Part shown: positions 32,934-41,004 of the stretch, piece by piece
Position numbering within the stretch: position 1 is the stretch's first letter
Layout of the letters: each line of letters opens with the position of its first letter
IMG/VR virus record: IMGVR_UViG_3300025769_012369
Coordinates: 1 to 54,764 of that record
Source: a virus
Lineage: Duplodnaviria > Caudoviricetes
Length of the DNA: 54,764 nucleotides
Direction: 5' to 3' (one strand)
Position numbers and translations under genes: made by a program
Notes under the pieces: generated by a model
Databases searched by the model: none
What the model was told of the DNA's origin: nothing
Seen by the model: only the letters and a program-made list of their open reading frames with translations

Positions 32934-34847
32934 TCAGAGTTCGATGACGTGCAACGCCTCGGGCATGTCTCCGGACCCGTAGAAGCGCGTCTCCCAGTCC
33001 GTCAAGATGCACTGGTCGATGATGCCCTTCTCGATCAGGGTCGCCATGTGGTGAACCAGGTCGGCGCGGACCGAGTGCTGGCAAACGCCGATGTCGTCGA
33101 TCATGACCAGCTTGATCGGAGACTGCACGGCCAGGGTGACAGCGACCGCCGCCATCGCGATGGCTTTCTCGGAACCGCTGAATGCGTCGAACGGAATCCA
33201 GTCGCGCCCGTCCCACCGGCCCAGGTCTCCGTCCCGGTAGTCAAGGGGCGTCTGCAGCAGGCAACCGCCGATCTCGTTCAGCTTGGTGATCAGCGGCCCG
33301 AACGTGGCCTTGACCAGTTTGTCCTTGGTCTCCTCGACCACCTTGACCGCCGCCTTGTAGATCGCGACCTCGGCCGCGCAGATAGCCGACTGCGCTTCGG
33401 CCTTGGCCCGCTGCTTGGTCTTCTCCCGCTTGGTGATCAACAGCTTGACCTGGGCCTGCAGTTCGGTGTTCGTCTGCTCAAGGTGAGCATACGCCGCCTG
33501 CTCGGTTGCAAGGTCCGCTGCCCAGTCGTCCGGCGTGGCGTCCTTGACGGTGTCCTTTGCTGTGTCGATGGTGGCCTTGCGCTTCCTGTCGGCCTCGATG
33601 TCGGCGGCGGTGCGCTTCAAATCAGACCGCTGGTGCCCCAGGCTAATCTGCTTCCCGCGCACGGCGTCATCGGATTCCTGGGCTTCCTGCAGCTCGGTCT
33701 TCACTTTGGCGATCTGGGCCTCGATCTTCTCGCGTGCGGCCAGGGCTTCGTTCAGGGCTGTGTCCAGTTCCTTGAACCGGGTTTCCAGAGTCACTTTCAG
33801 GTTGGTGTCCCAACCTTCCGACGACACCTTGCAGAACGGGCACTCGGTCATGTGAACCAGTTCGTCCAGTTGGAGTTGCACGTCCTTGTGGTCCTTGGCG
33901 ATGGCGCGGGTTTTCTCCGACTCCGTGCCCAAGGCTTTCTGCAGCTCAGGCAGTTGGGCTTGCAAGGCGGGTGCCTTGGGCCGGTAGGCCTCGACCTCTT
34001 CCTCGAGTTTGCCCAGAGCATCCTGCTTCTCGTTGTGAGCCTTCACGTCAGGGTTGACCATCTGCGACTGAAGGGCGTCGATCTTGGCCTTGGCCTCGTT
34101 GTAGGCTGACAGCTTCCCGCGCAGGTCTTGCTGGCGGGACAGGTTCTCCTTGAGGGCGCGAGCGTTGGCCTCCTGCTTTGCCTCCACGGCCGGGTCGACC
34201 GATGCTTCATCGGACAGTTGCTCCGCGCCTTCGATCAGGCCGATCATCCGCTTGTTTGCTTCGGCGGCTCCCTTCCCGTTTTCCTTGAACTGCTTCATCA
34301 GCTCGTCGATCCATTCGTGCAGCGGTGCGTCTCCTTTCGCGGCGACCAGGGCATCGACGGCGTTCAATGCCGTGGTGTGGTCGTCGGTGTGCTTCTTGCC
34401 AAGGTTGATCGCCTTTAGGTCCGTGCGGAGCGTGGTCCCGGTGATCTCCACCTTGCTCATGTCCAGGATGCCCATGAGATACTCCGTGCGCTTTTTCCCG
34501 CTCAACCCGAGGAAGGCGCGAGCGTCGATCAGCACGTCAGGGATCTCCAGGCCTCCCGGCACGTTTTCGGTGCGCTTGACCGCTCCGCGTTTCAGTTCCC
34601 AGTTGCGGCTGACAGTGCGGCCGTCGTCCAGGGTGATCGCCGTCGTCAGGTCGGTGCCCTTGGCGAACTTGAAAATGGCCTGGTTCTGTTTGCCCGCGTT
34701 GGGGTGCCAACCGGACATTGCGAGCTGTATGGCGTCAACGTGGGAGGTCTTGCCGGACCAGTTCGGGCCGGTGATTGCGGTCAGTGGTTCCAGGTCCGCG
34801 TTGATGGCGCGGCCTTTGATGTTGGTTACAAGTTTCTTGATTCTCAT
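32934..34847 (-). CDS. Rad50/SbcC-like SMC-family coiled-coil ATPase
   Basis: Walker A GPNWSGKT, long coiled coil with central CPFC hook, signature FSGSE, Walker B VMIDD. Confidence 0.85.
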   Translation of the reverse strand: MRIKKLVTNIKGRAINADLEPLTAITGPNWSGKTSHVDAIQLAMSGWHPNAGKQNQAIFKFAKGTDLTTAITLDDGRTVSRNWELKRGAVKRTENVPGGLEIPDVLIDARAFLGLSGKKRTEYLMGILDMSKVEITGTTLRTDLKAINLGKKHTDDHTTALNAVDALVAAKGDAPLHEWIDELMKQFKENGKGAAEANKRMIGLIEGAEQLSDEASVDPAVEAKQEANARALKENLSRQQDLRGKLSAYNEAKAKIDALQSQMVNPDVKAHNEKQDALGKLEEEVEAYRPKAPALQAQLPELQKALGTESEKTRAIAKDHKDVQLQLDELVHMTECPFCKVSSEGWDTNLKVTLETRFKELDTALNEALAAREKIEAQIAKVKTELQEAQESDDAVRGKQISLGHQRSDLKRTAADIEADRKRKATIDTAKDTVKDATPDDWAADLATEQAAYAHLEQTNTELQAQVKLLITKREKTKQRAKAEAQSAICAAEVAIYKAAVKVVEETKDKLVKATFGPLITKLNEIGGCLLQTPLDYRDGDLGRWDGRDWIPFDAFSGSEKAIAMAAVAVTLAVQSPIKLVMIDDIGVCQHSVRADLVHHMATLIEKGIIDQCILTDWETRFYGSGDMPEALHVIEL

Positions 34848-34876
34848 TGTCGTTGTTTTGTTGGTGAGTGGATGGA

Positions 34877-35743
34877 TCAGAACGGGACGTTGTCCTCGTC
34901 CACGTCCTCGTCCTGGGTTTCGGGTTCAGGTTGGGGTTCGGGTTGGGGTGCCGGTGCCTGCTGCTGCTGGGCCTGGCTCTCCTTGCGTGGCGGGTAGGGC
35001 AGTTCGCGGATGTGTCCGCCCCGGCCCAACTCGATGAACATCGACGTTGCGATGCCTTGGAAGTGTTCGGCGGTCAACTCCATGCCCGGGTTCGCGGCGT
35101 GAAAGTTGTTGGCGACCTTGACAGCCTGAGCCAAACAGAGTTCGTGTGCGTAGCCGCACTTCTCCAGGGCCATCCAGATTTTCTTCCTGGGTGTTGCCCC
35201 CTGATCGCCGCTCTGCGCGGCCGGTGGTGCCTGTCGGCCATGGGAAGGCCTCGGCTCGGGTTGAGACGGCTCAGGGCGGGATTGTGGCGCGGGGCGGGTG
35301 CCCTGGGGCGGCGGGGCGGTCCGGTGTACGGGCTGTTCGCCTGGATGTTGTTGCGGCTCCTCCCCGGTGGAGTAGCCCTGGGCGTCGGACTGCATGGCGG
35401 TGTCGATGGTGGCTGATGGCGTGATCCAAAGGATGCGCGTCACGTTGCCGTTGTACTCGTCATCCTTGGTCTTCAGCCCGGTCCAACCGTTCTTCTCGGA
35501 GTGCGTGCCCATGATGAACACCTCGACATTCTCCCAGTCCTGGCCCAGGTGGTCGCGGTTGTTCAGGGTCGCCTTGATCTCGTTGCCTTCCTTGTCGGTC
35601 ACAACGATGTCCTGGAATGACCAGGGTTTTCCACGGGTCTCGCCCGTGCGTGGTTTGTAGACTTTCGTCAACTTCCCGTGAACCGCCTGCAATGGCATGT
35701 CGGGTGCCATCTGGAAACAGGACGGAATGCTTGCTACCTGCAT
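34877..35743 (-). CDS. Single-stranded DNA-binding protein (OB fold)
   Basis: N-terminal OB-like strands, Pro/Gln linker, acidic tail ending DEDNVPF (SSB-type C-terminus). Confidence 0.75.
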   Translation of the reverse strand: MQVASIPSCFQMAPDMPLQAVHGKLTKVYKPRTGETRGKPWSFQDIVVTDKEGNEIKATLNNRDHLGQDWENVEVFIMGTHSEKNGWTGLKTKDDEYNGNVTRILWITPSATIDTAMQSDAQGYSTGEEPQQHPGEQPVHRTAPPPQGTRPAPQSRPEPSQPEPRPSHGRQAPPAAQSGDQGATPRKKIWMALEKCGYAHELCLAQAVKVANNFHAANPGMELTAEHFQGIATSMFIELGRGGHIRELPYPPRKESQAQQQQAPAPQPEPQPEPETQDEDVDEDNVPF

Positions 35744-35891
35744 TGTCTGCCTTTCTCTTTTGTCTTCTAGTTGATGGGTCGCGGCTCATACCTGTCGCCG
35801 CTTCCCGGTTCGATCTGAGTCTGCCGACTCAGTAGATTTCCACAACCTCAAATTAGATGAACGTGCCCTGCTCCGACGATGAGCATGTTTC

Positions 35892-36182
35892 TCATGGTCG
35901 TTTTAGGTAGGATGTGATCCAGCGTGTCGTCGCCGCGATGTTTTTAAGTTGGACTTCATCGCGGTCAGTATTTCGCACTGCAATGAATGTTAGCTGCCAT
36001 TCGTCGCGAATGCAGATCAACAACTGATCGACGGTCGTTCCTATGTATCCGTCGAAATTGCAGTTGTCGTCTGCGCGGTAGGTCAGGCCATCCTTTCCAA
36101 TGTGGGCTGTGAATTCCCATCCATCGTGCCACTGTGATAATGCAGCGCGGATTTCAATCAGGCGTTCGATCTCTGTTTTCAT
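35892..36182 (-). CDS. Hypothetical protein, lower-GC insert
   Basis: 96 aa, visibly more AT-rich than its neighbours; ACAAGACAAG leader. Confidence 0.6.
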   Translation of the reverse strand: MKTEIERLIEIRAALSQWHDGWEFTAHIGKDGLTYRADDNCNFDGYIGTTVDQLLICIRDEWQLTFIAVRNTDRDEVQLKNIAATTRWITSYLKRP

Positions 36183-36256
36183 CTTGTCTTGTAGGTCGCC
36201 GCGTCCCCGGTTCCACCAGGCCCCAGTTCAGTCAGCGGATTGTTCCACATGGAACA

Positions 36257-36850
36257 TTAGTCAAGAACCAGGGGCGCGAACACGTCTAAATTCTCGAAAA
36301 TTCGGCTGTGCTTGTTGAAGGTCGGGAACTCAAACCCAACTTTGCCGCCCACCTCAATGGCGTTGTGGTTACGGACTCGGTAGCATGGACCTGCGTAGCC
36401 GACACTCCCCATGTCTCCCCAGGCGTGAAACAGCAGGGCCTTGGATAGCGTCACGGTCAAGTCACCCGGCGCGTGCCAAACGTCGATGCGCTCAACCTCG
36501 GGTGGAATAGGTGCGTTTCGGTCCAGGGCGGGGTTGAGGAAGATCAGACGCTTGAAGACCGGGCGAAGCCAGGCCGCGTTCAGGAGCTTGCGGCACCCGT
36601 CGCTGTGGCCCAGGCCGGTGATCTCATGCTCGCCATCCAGAACTTCGGCATCGGACAGCTTCTCAATGATCTGCCGCGCACGCAGCTCGTTGCGAAAACG
36701 GCTACGGGCGGCGGCGAAGAATTCGAATCCACGGTCAGCTTCAAGGAAGCGATACCCACGGGCCTCGGCGTAGGACCGGAATCGGTCCGTCGTGGCGGCT
36801 CCGTTGTCCCTGACGTTGAAGCCGTGGGCGGTGATCAGGACGGGCTTCAC
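36257..36850 (-). CDS. Alpha/beta hydrolase (lipase/esterase-like)
   Basis: AHGFN oxyanion motif, GHSDG nucleophile elbow, LNPAL, PGDLTV Asp, C-terminal KHS His. Confidence 0.8.
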   Translation of the reverse strand: MKPVLITAHGFNVRDNGAATTDRFRSYAEARGYRFLEADRGFEFFAAARSRFRNELRARQIIEKLSDAEVLDGEHEITGLGHSDGCRKLLNAAWLRPVFKRLIFLNPALDRNAPIPPEVERIDVWHAPGDLTVTLSKALLFHAWGDMGSVGYAGPCYRVRNHNAIEVGGKVGFEFPTFNKHSRIFENLDVFAPLVLD

Positions 36851-37428
36851 TCCCTGAGTCGTTCCAGGTCTTCGATGACGTTGCGATCAGCACCGGCATT
36901 CGTCGCGGCTTCGATGGTGTCCCCGACCTGGTCCTTGGATGCCGGGATCGGAATGCCCTTCGCGGCCAGGAACAGCTTAGTGCCTTCCTTGAGGACTTCG
37001 GCAAATTCCTTCACCTTGGTGTCCCGGTCCAGCTTGGCGATGCCATAGGCTCTATGCGTTTTAGCCGTGGCGTTGGTCTTCTCACCAGTAAACCCCTCCA
37101 TGCTGTCCTGGGCTGCAATACCGCCGCCGTGGGTCACCCCGTGGTCGTGTGACTCACTTGCGATGCCCAGCTTGACCGGCAGGATCTCGATGCCCAGGAC
37201 GTTCAGGAGCGCGAAACGCTTCCCGCCCTTTGCCATGCTTTGAATCATGTCAGCAAGCTCTGCTTTCTCGGTGGCGTCCTCCGCGCTCAAGTATGCGGCG
37301 ACAATCTCTTTCGGCACCCCGGCATAATTGTCGTTGTGGTCGCTGTGGCCGTGGCCGCTCGAGATGCATCCTGTCAAAAGGGTAACACCGAGCGCAAGCG
37401 CGATCAGTCCAATCAGGCGAATTGTCAT
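36847..37428 (-). CDS. Lipoprotein
   Basis: MTIRLIGLIALALGVTLLTG-C signal II/lipobox; start placed at 37428. Confidence 0.75.
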   Translation of the reverse strand: MTIRLIGLIALALGVTLLTGCISSGHGHSDHNDNYAGVPKEIVAAYLSAEDATEKAELADMIQSMAKGGKRFALLNVLGIEILPVKLGIASESHDHGVTHGGGIAAQDSMEGFTGEKTNATAKTHRAYGIAKLDRDTKVKEFAEVLKEGTKLFLAAKGIPIPASKDQVGDTIEAATNAGADRNVIEDLERLRE

Positions 37429-37468
37429 TGTCTTCACGGCATCCCTTTTATCAGAACGGCCGCGCCGG

Positions 37469-38044
37469 TCAAGGTGCTTGTGGGTGCCCCTTGGTGGGGT
37501 GCGGTGCGTGTACTGTACTATCTGTTTTCGTTCCCAAATTCCAGCGTGCGGACCCGTAGTAGTCAATCCGGTCGACGCGCTCCTCCAGCCACATGCGGTG
37601 GTTGAGACTGTTTCTGTTTTCCAAGTCGCTGATCTTGTCGCGGTAGGTCTGCTCGACATCCATCTTTTCCCGCAGATTCTGCACCTCCAACAAAACGGTT
37701 TCGGGGTGGCCCTCCTTCTCGGAGTGTTCTTCCAGGCGATTCAATCGGTGCTGGATTGGGTACCATACCAGGGTACCCACCATGCCAATGGCGACCAGCA
37801 TCACGGAAAGCGATTGCCAGTTCGTTTTGCCCTGCTGGGTCAGCGAGTGTTGAACCGCGTTTGTTAAGCCGTCGATCTTTGAGTTTGTGGTCGCCGCGAT
37901 GGCCTCCATGCGTGACTCAATGGCGTCGTCCCGGTCATGTAGGTGCCCGATCTCCGTCATGATCGCCTGCAGCCCTTTTTCCTCTTTCTCTAGTTGTTTC
38001 ATGGCGCGTCGTATTCTGTTCGTTTTAGCGGCGGCGGTGCTCAT
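37469..38044 (-). CDS. Coiled-coil protein with one transmembrane segment (holin/spanin-like candidate)
   Basis: TM segment WQSLSVMLVAIGMVGTLVWYP flanked by heptad-rich helices; at the end of the tail operon. Confidence 0.6.
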   Translation of the reverse strand: MSTAAAKTNRIRRAMKQLEKEEKGLQAIMTEIGHLHDRDDAIESRMEAIAATTNSKIDGLTNAVQHSLTQQGKTNWQSLSVMLVAIGMVGTLVWYPIQHRLNRLEEHSEKEGHPETVLLEVQNLREKMDVEQTYRDKISDLENRNSLNHRMWLEERVDRIDYYGSARWNLGTKTDSTVHAPHPTKGHPQAP

Positions 38045-38453
38045 TGTTTCCTTCGATGGGCCACTTGTCCAGTGGGCAGGTTTCCGTTTCCAGCCAGAGC
38101 TTGAGTCGCGTGCATCCGCACGCTCTACATTTCCCAAGTCCCGCATTCGCGGTGCCGTCCCATCTGTCGCAAGCTCGGCAAGTTTTCATGCGCTCATTGA
38201 AGCGCGGTTCGTCTACCGTAGCAAATCCTGCCTTGGCCCACTTGCTCATGGCCTTGGCGAAATTGGTCACCATGTCGATGGCTGTGGGGTGCCTGGTCGG
38301 GTGTGCCCTGCTGATCCGGTCATAATCCTCGCGGCTCAGTTGAACCAGGTCACCGACCGGCGTGCCCAGGCGTTCCACGTCGGCGAGGTAGGCTGCTGGG
38401 TCGTCCTTCAATTGCGCGGCCTTCTCAATCAGTTGTCGACTGATCTGCATCAT
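38025..38453 (-). CDS. Cys-rich Zn-binding hypothetical protein
   Basis: ERMKTCRAC...CRACGC...CPLDKW; ATGA-coupled start. Confidence 0.7.
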   Translation of the reverse strand: MMQISRQLIEKAAQLKDDPAAYLADVERLGTPVGDLVQLSREDYDRISRAHPTRHPTAIDMVTNFAKAMSKWAKAGFATVDEPRFNERMKTCRACDRWDGTANAGLGKCRACGCTRLKLWLETETCPLDKWPIEGNNEHRRR

Positions 38454-38956
38454 GGCGCGGGGACCGGCTCCAGCCAAACACAGTTGAGCAACGAACCGTA
38501 AGCCGGATCGACGGTCGAAACCTGGGTAAACGTCACCTTGTCGGTGGTGTTCCCTGGGACGGTCCAGCGATAGCGGGTGAACCCCTTGTTCCATGGGAGG
38601 ATAATGGTCTCGTTTACAGGACCGAATTGAACACGCACGGATGTTTGGTCCCCACGGCGATTCTCCCCAGCGAGATACACCACAAAGTAGTGGTCTCCCT
38701 CTCCTGTTGCCCATTGGTCTGTCGTTCGGATGGTGGAGTTCCCGGGAGTCCCGGCCAGGTCTATGAACCGGCCCTGTCCTGGGATGATTACAAACTGGCA
38801 TCCCTCACCGACACCGTCCGTCTTCCCGCGCAGGAGTTCCCAGGTCGGGGGAAGTGGAGCGTTCAGCCCGCACGGAGCGGTTGACCAGTCCTCGCTGAAA
38901 ATCGCGCTTTCGGGAATGACGCACGCGCAACACCCACATGGACCGTTCAGCTTCAT
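38450..38956 (-). CDS. Small beta-sandwich protein with Cys-rich N-terminus (putative tail-associated)
   Basis: MKLNGPCGCCAC...FIDLAGT...YGSLLNCVWLEP; ATGA overlaps at both ends. Confidence 0.6.
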   Translation of the reverse strand: MKLNGPCGCCACVIPESAIFSEDWSTAPCGLNAPLPPTWELLRGKTDGVGEGCQFVIIPGQGRFIDLAGTPGNSTIRTTDQWATGEGDHYFVVYLAGENRRGDQTSVRVQFGPVNETIILPWNKGFTRYRWTVPGNTTDKVTFTQVSTVDPAYGSLLNCVWLEPVPAP

Positions 38957-41004
38957 TGGGGATCGTAGGGGTCGCTGCAGAGAAACAGAGCTTTCTTGTC
39001 GACGCCCTCTACGCATACGTCGATTTCGCGGATGTAGAGCTTCTTCCCAAGGCACTTTGACAGTTCGATCAATACCTGGCTGTCCGGCTCCACCTGGCCC
39101 GATGACGTGGCCTCGGTCTTTTTGGCCTGCAGGTTGAACGCCAGGTTCTCGGCGTCGAATACCATCTTGGCGATCTGATCAATCCCGGCCGCGTCGTTCA
39201 CGTTTGCGATGGCCTCCTTCCTCATGGTCATCTTGCCGACGCCTTCGTGTGCCTTGTCCGTGTCCTGTCCTGGGCCGTGGGTTGGGTTGGTCACCTTGCT
39301 GCCGGACACTTGGCCGCTGGATTGCGTTCCCGGTGCTGTCCACCGTTCCCTGGTTCGGTTGACCATCAAAAGCTGGATCAGGTCGCCGACGCCCAGGTGC
39401 TTCGCGACTCCAATGTTCACCTGCGTCGTTCCGGCGTCGATGTTGAACGTCACCTGCTGGACCAGGCTGCGCATGGTTGCCCATGCCGCGTCACCGTTCG
39501 TCACGTTGACCACGTTGCCCATGCCAATCACCGTGTTGTCGATCTCCTGGGCAGCAAGTCGAAAGCTGCCGTCATACTGCAGTTCGTTCAGGGCGTTGTA
39601 GTATGCCTCGGCCAGTCCGGTCGGGATCGGGTCTCCCGCCTGGAAGCTGTCCAGCTTCTGCCAGGTTCCCGTGTAGGCGTTCGTCGCGTTGACTCTCAAA
39701 TTGAACGGTTGGCGCAAGAAGGCGGTCTCGACTCCGTTGGCGGTCACCTTTTTGTAAGCGGCCGTCCCCTTGAGTGTGTAGGACTGAAGATCGACCTGCA
39801 CCCCGGCAATCGGCGCGTTGGTCTTGTTCCACCAGCCTGGCGTCAAGCTGCCTTCCACGATGTCGTTGAACAGGGCGGGAGGGACACCGACTCCGGTGTT
39901 GTAGTCGTATTCGCTACCGTCTGGGTAAATCACTTTGTCGACCACCGCACCGAATGATGCGACATCGACCTCGCCCGTGTTCGCCAAGCCCAGCTTCTCC
40001 AGTAGGTAGCCGTAACCCAGGCCGCTGAACGCCATCGTCCTCGTGGTCACCTGGGCCTCGGTGTATTGAACCGAGAACCCTTGCAAGGGGATGGTCATTA
40101 CCAGGACTCCGAACCCGACCTCGTTGGTGTTCGCCGGGTAGGCGTCGGGCGTGGTGGTCTGCCAACTGTTCCCATTCACCTGGTTGGTTTGCTGATACTT
40201 CAGCAGCACGCCGGGCACCTGCAGGTCGTGACGCGGGTTAAGGTGGCCCTGCATGATGATGTCGCCCCCGGTGGTCCCGTCTCCGTTCTTGAATTCCTTC
40301 GCGGTCAGGTCGGGCCGGCGTTTGATGTGCAACGTCGGCGGGCTGGTCGTGTAGTCGAACCAGGTCACCGCGTCCGGCATCCATCGCAGTTGCTTCTTGA
40401 TGACCTCGGCGCACATGATGTCCTCATGCTCGTCCTTGGGGATCTCGACGCCCGGGTAGTCGTTGGCCTTCTGCAGCTCGGGCGACACCGGCACAGTCTG
40501 TTGTCCGGCCGCGTAGGTGTAGAAGTCGATCACGTCTTCAAGCTGTTCCTGGGTGTTCAGAAAAACCCCGTTCACTCCCTGGTTCAGAATGACGTGCGAC
40601 AGGTAGCCGCCGACCAGGCTGCTTGCGGGATTAGATGGGTCAACCGCCTGATACCACTTCTGCATGTATTCCAGCCGCTCCAGCCAACGCCAGGGACCGC
40701 GCACGGTGTAGTGGTGGGCCTCGGCACCGGCTCCCTGCTCCTGGGGATGCTGCTCAACCCATCCCACAAAATAGACCGTCTCCGTGACCGCAAGCGTGTC
40801 CAAGTTGGTGATCTGCTTGCGTAGGGTCAGCTTCGTCTCGTATGGGAACACCATGGCCGTCTCCCATTGCTGCACCGGCATGGTGAACTTGAGTTCGTCG
40901 GCGGCTTGGCTGCGCAGGGTCAGCGACAAGTTGCGGATGTTCCATTCGCCCGCGGTCTTCTTGTCCCCGCCAAATACTTCGATTGTCCAGTCGGTGCGTG
41001 TCAT
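38953..41004 (-). CDS. Tail tip/hub protein
   Basis: 683 aa directly after the tape measure gene; LTLRSQAADELKF...YFVGWV...YTVRGPWRWL hub-like N-terminus. Confidence 0.65.
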   Translation of the reverse strand: MTRTDWTIEVFGGDKKTAGEWNIRNLSLTLRSQAADELKFTMPVQQWETAMVFPYETKLTLRKQITNLDTLAVTETVYFVGWVEQHPQEQGAGAEAHHYTVRGPWRWLERLEYMQKWYQAVDPSNPASSLVGGYLSHVILNQGVNGVFLNTQEQLEDVIDFYTYAAGQQTVPVSPELQKANDYPGVEIPKDEHEDIMCAEVIKKQLRWMPDAVTWFDYTTSPPTLHIKRRPDLTAKEFKNGDGTTGGDIIMQGHLNPRHDLQVPGVLLKYQQTNQVNGNSWQTTTPDAYPANTNEVGFGVLVMTIPLQGFSVQYTEAQVTTRTMAFSGLGYGYLLEKLGLANTGEVDVASFGAVVDKVIYPDGSEYDYNTGVGVPPALFNDIVEGSLTPGWWNKTNAPIAGVQVDLQSYTLKGTAAYKKVTANGVETAFLRQPFNLRVNATNAYTGTWQKLDSFQAGDPIPTGLAEAYYNALNELQYDGSFRLAAQEIDNTVIGMGNVVNVTNGDAAWATMRSLVQQVTFNIDAGTTQVNIGVAKHLGVGDLIQLLMVNRTRERWTAPGTQSSGQVSGSKVTNPTHGPGQDTDKAHEGVGKMTMRKEAIANVNDAAGIDQIAKMVFDAENLAFNLQAKKTEATSSGQVEPDSQVLIELSKCLGKKLYIREIDVCVEGVDKKALFLCSDPYDPQ

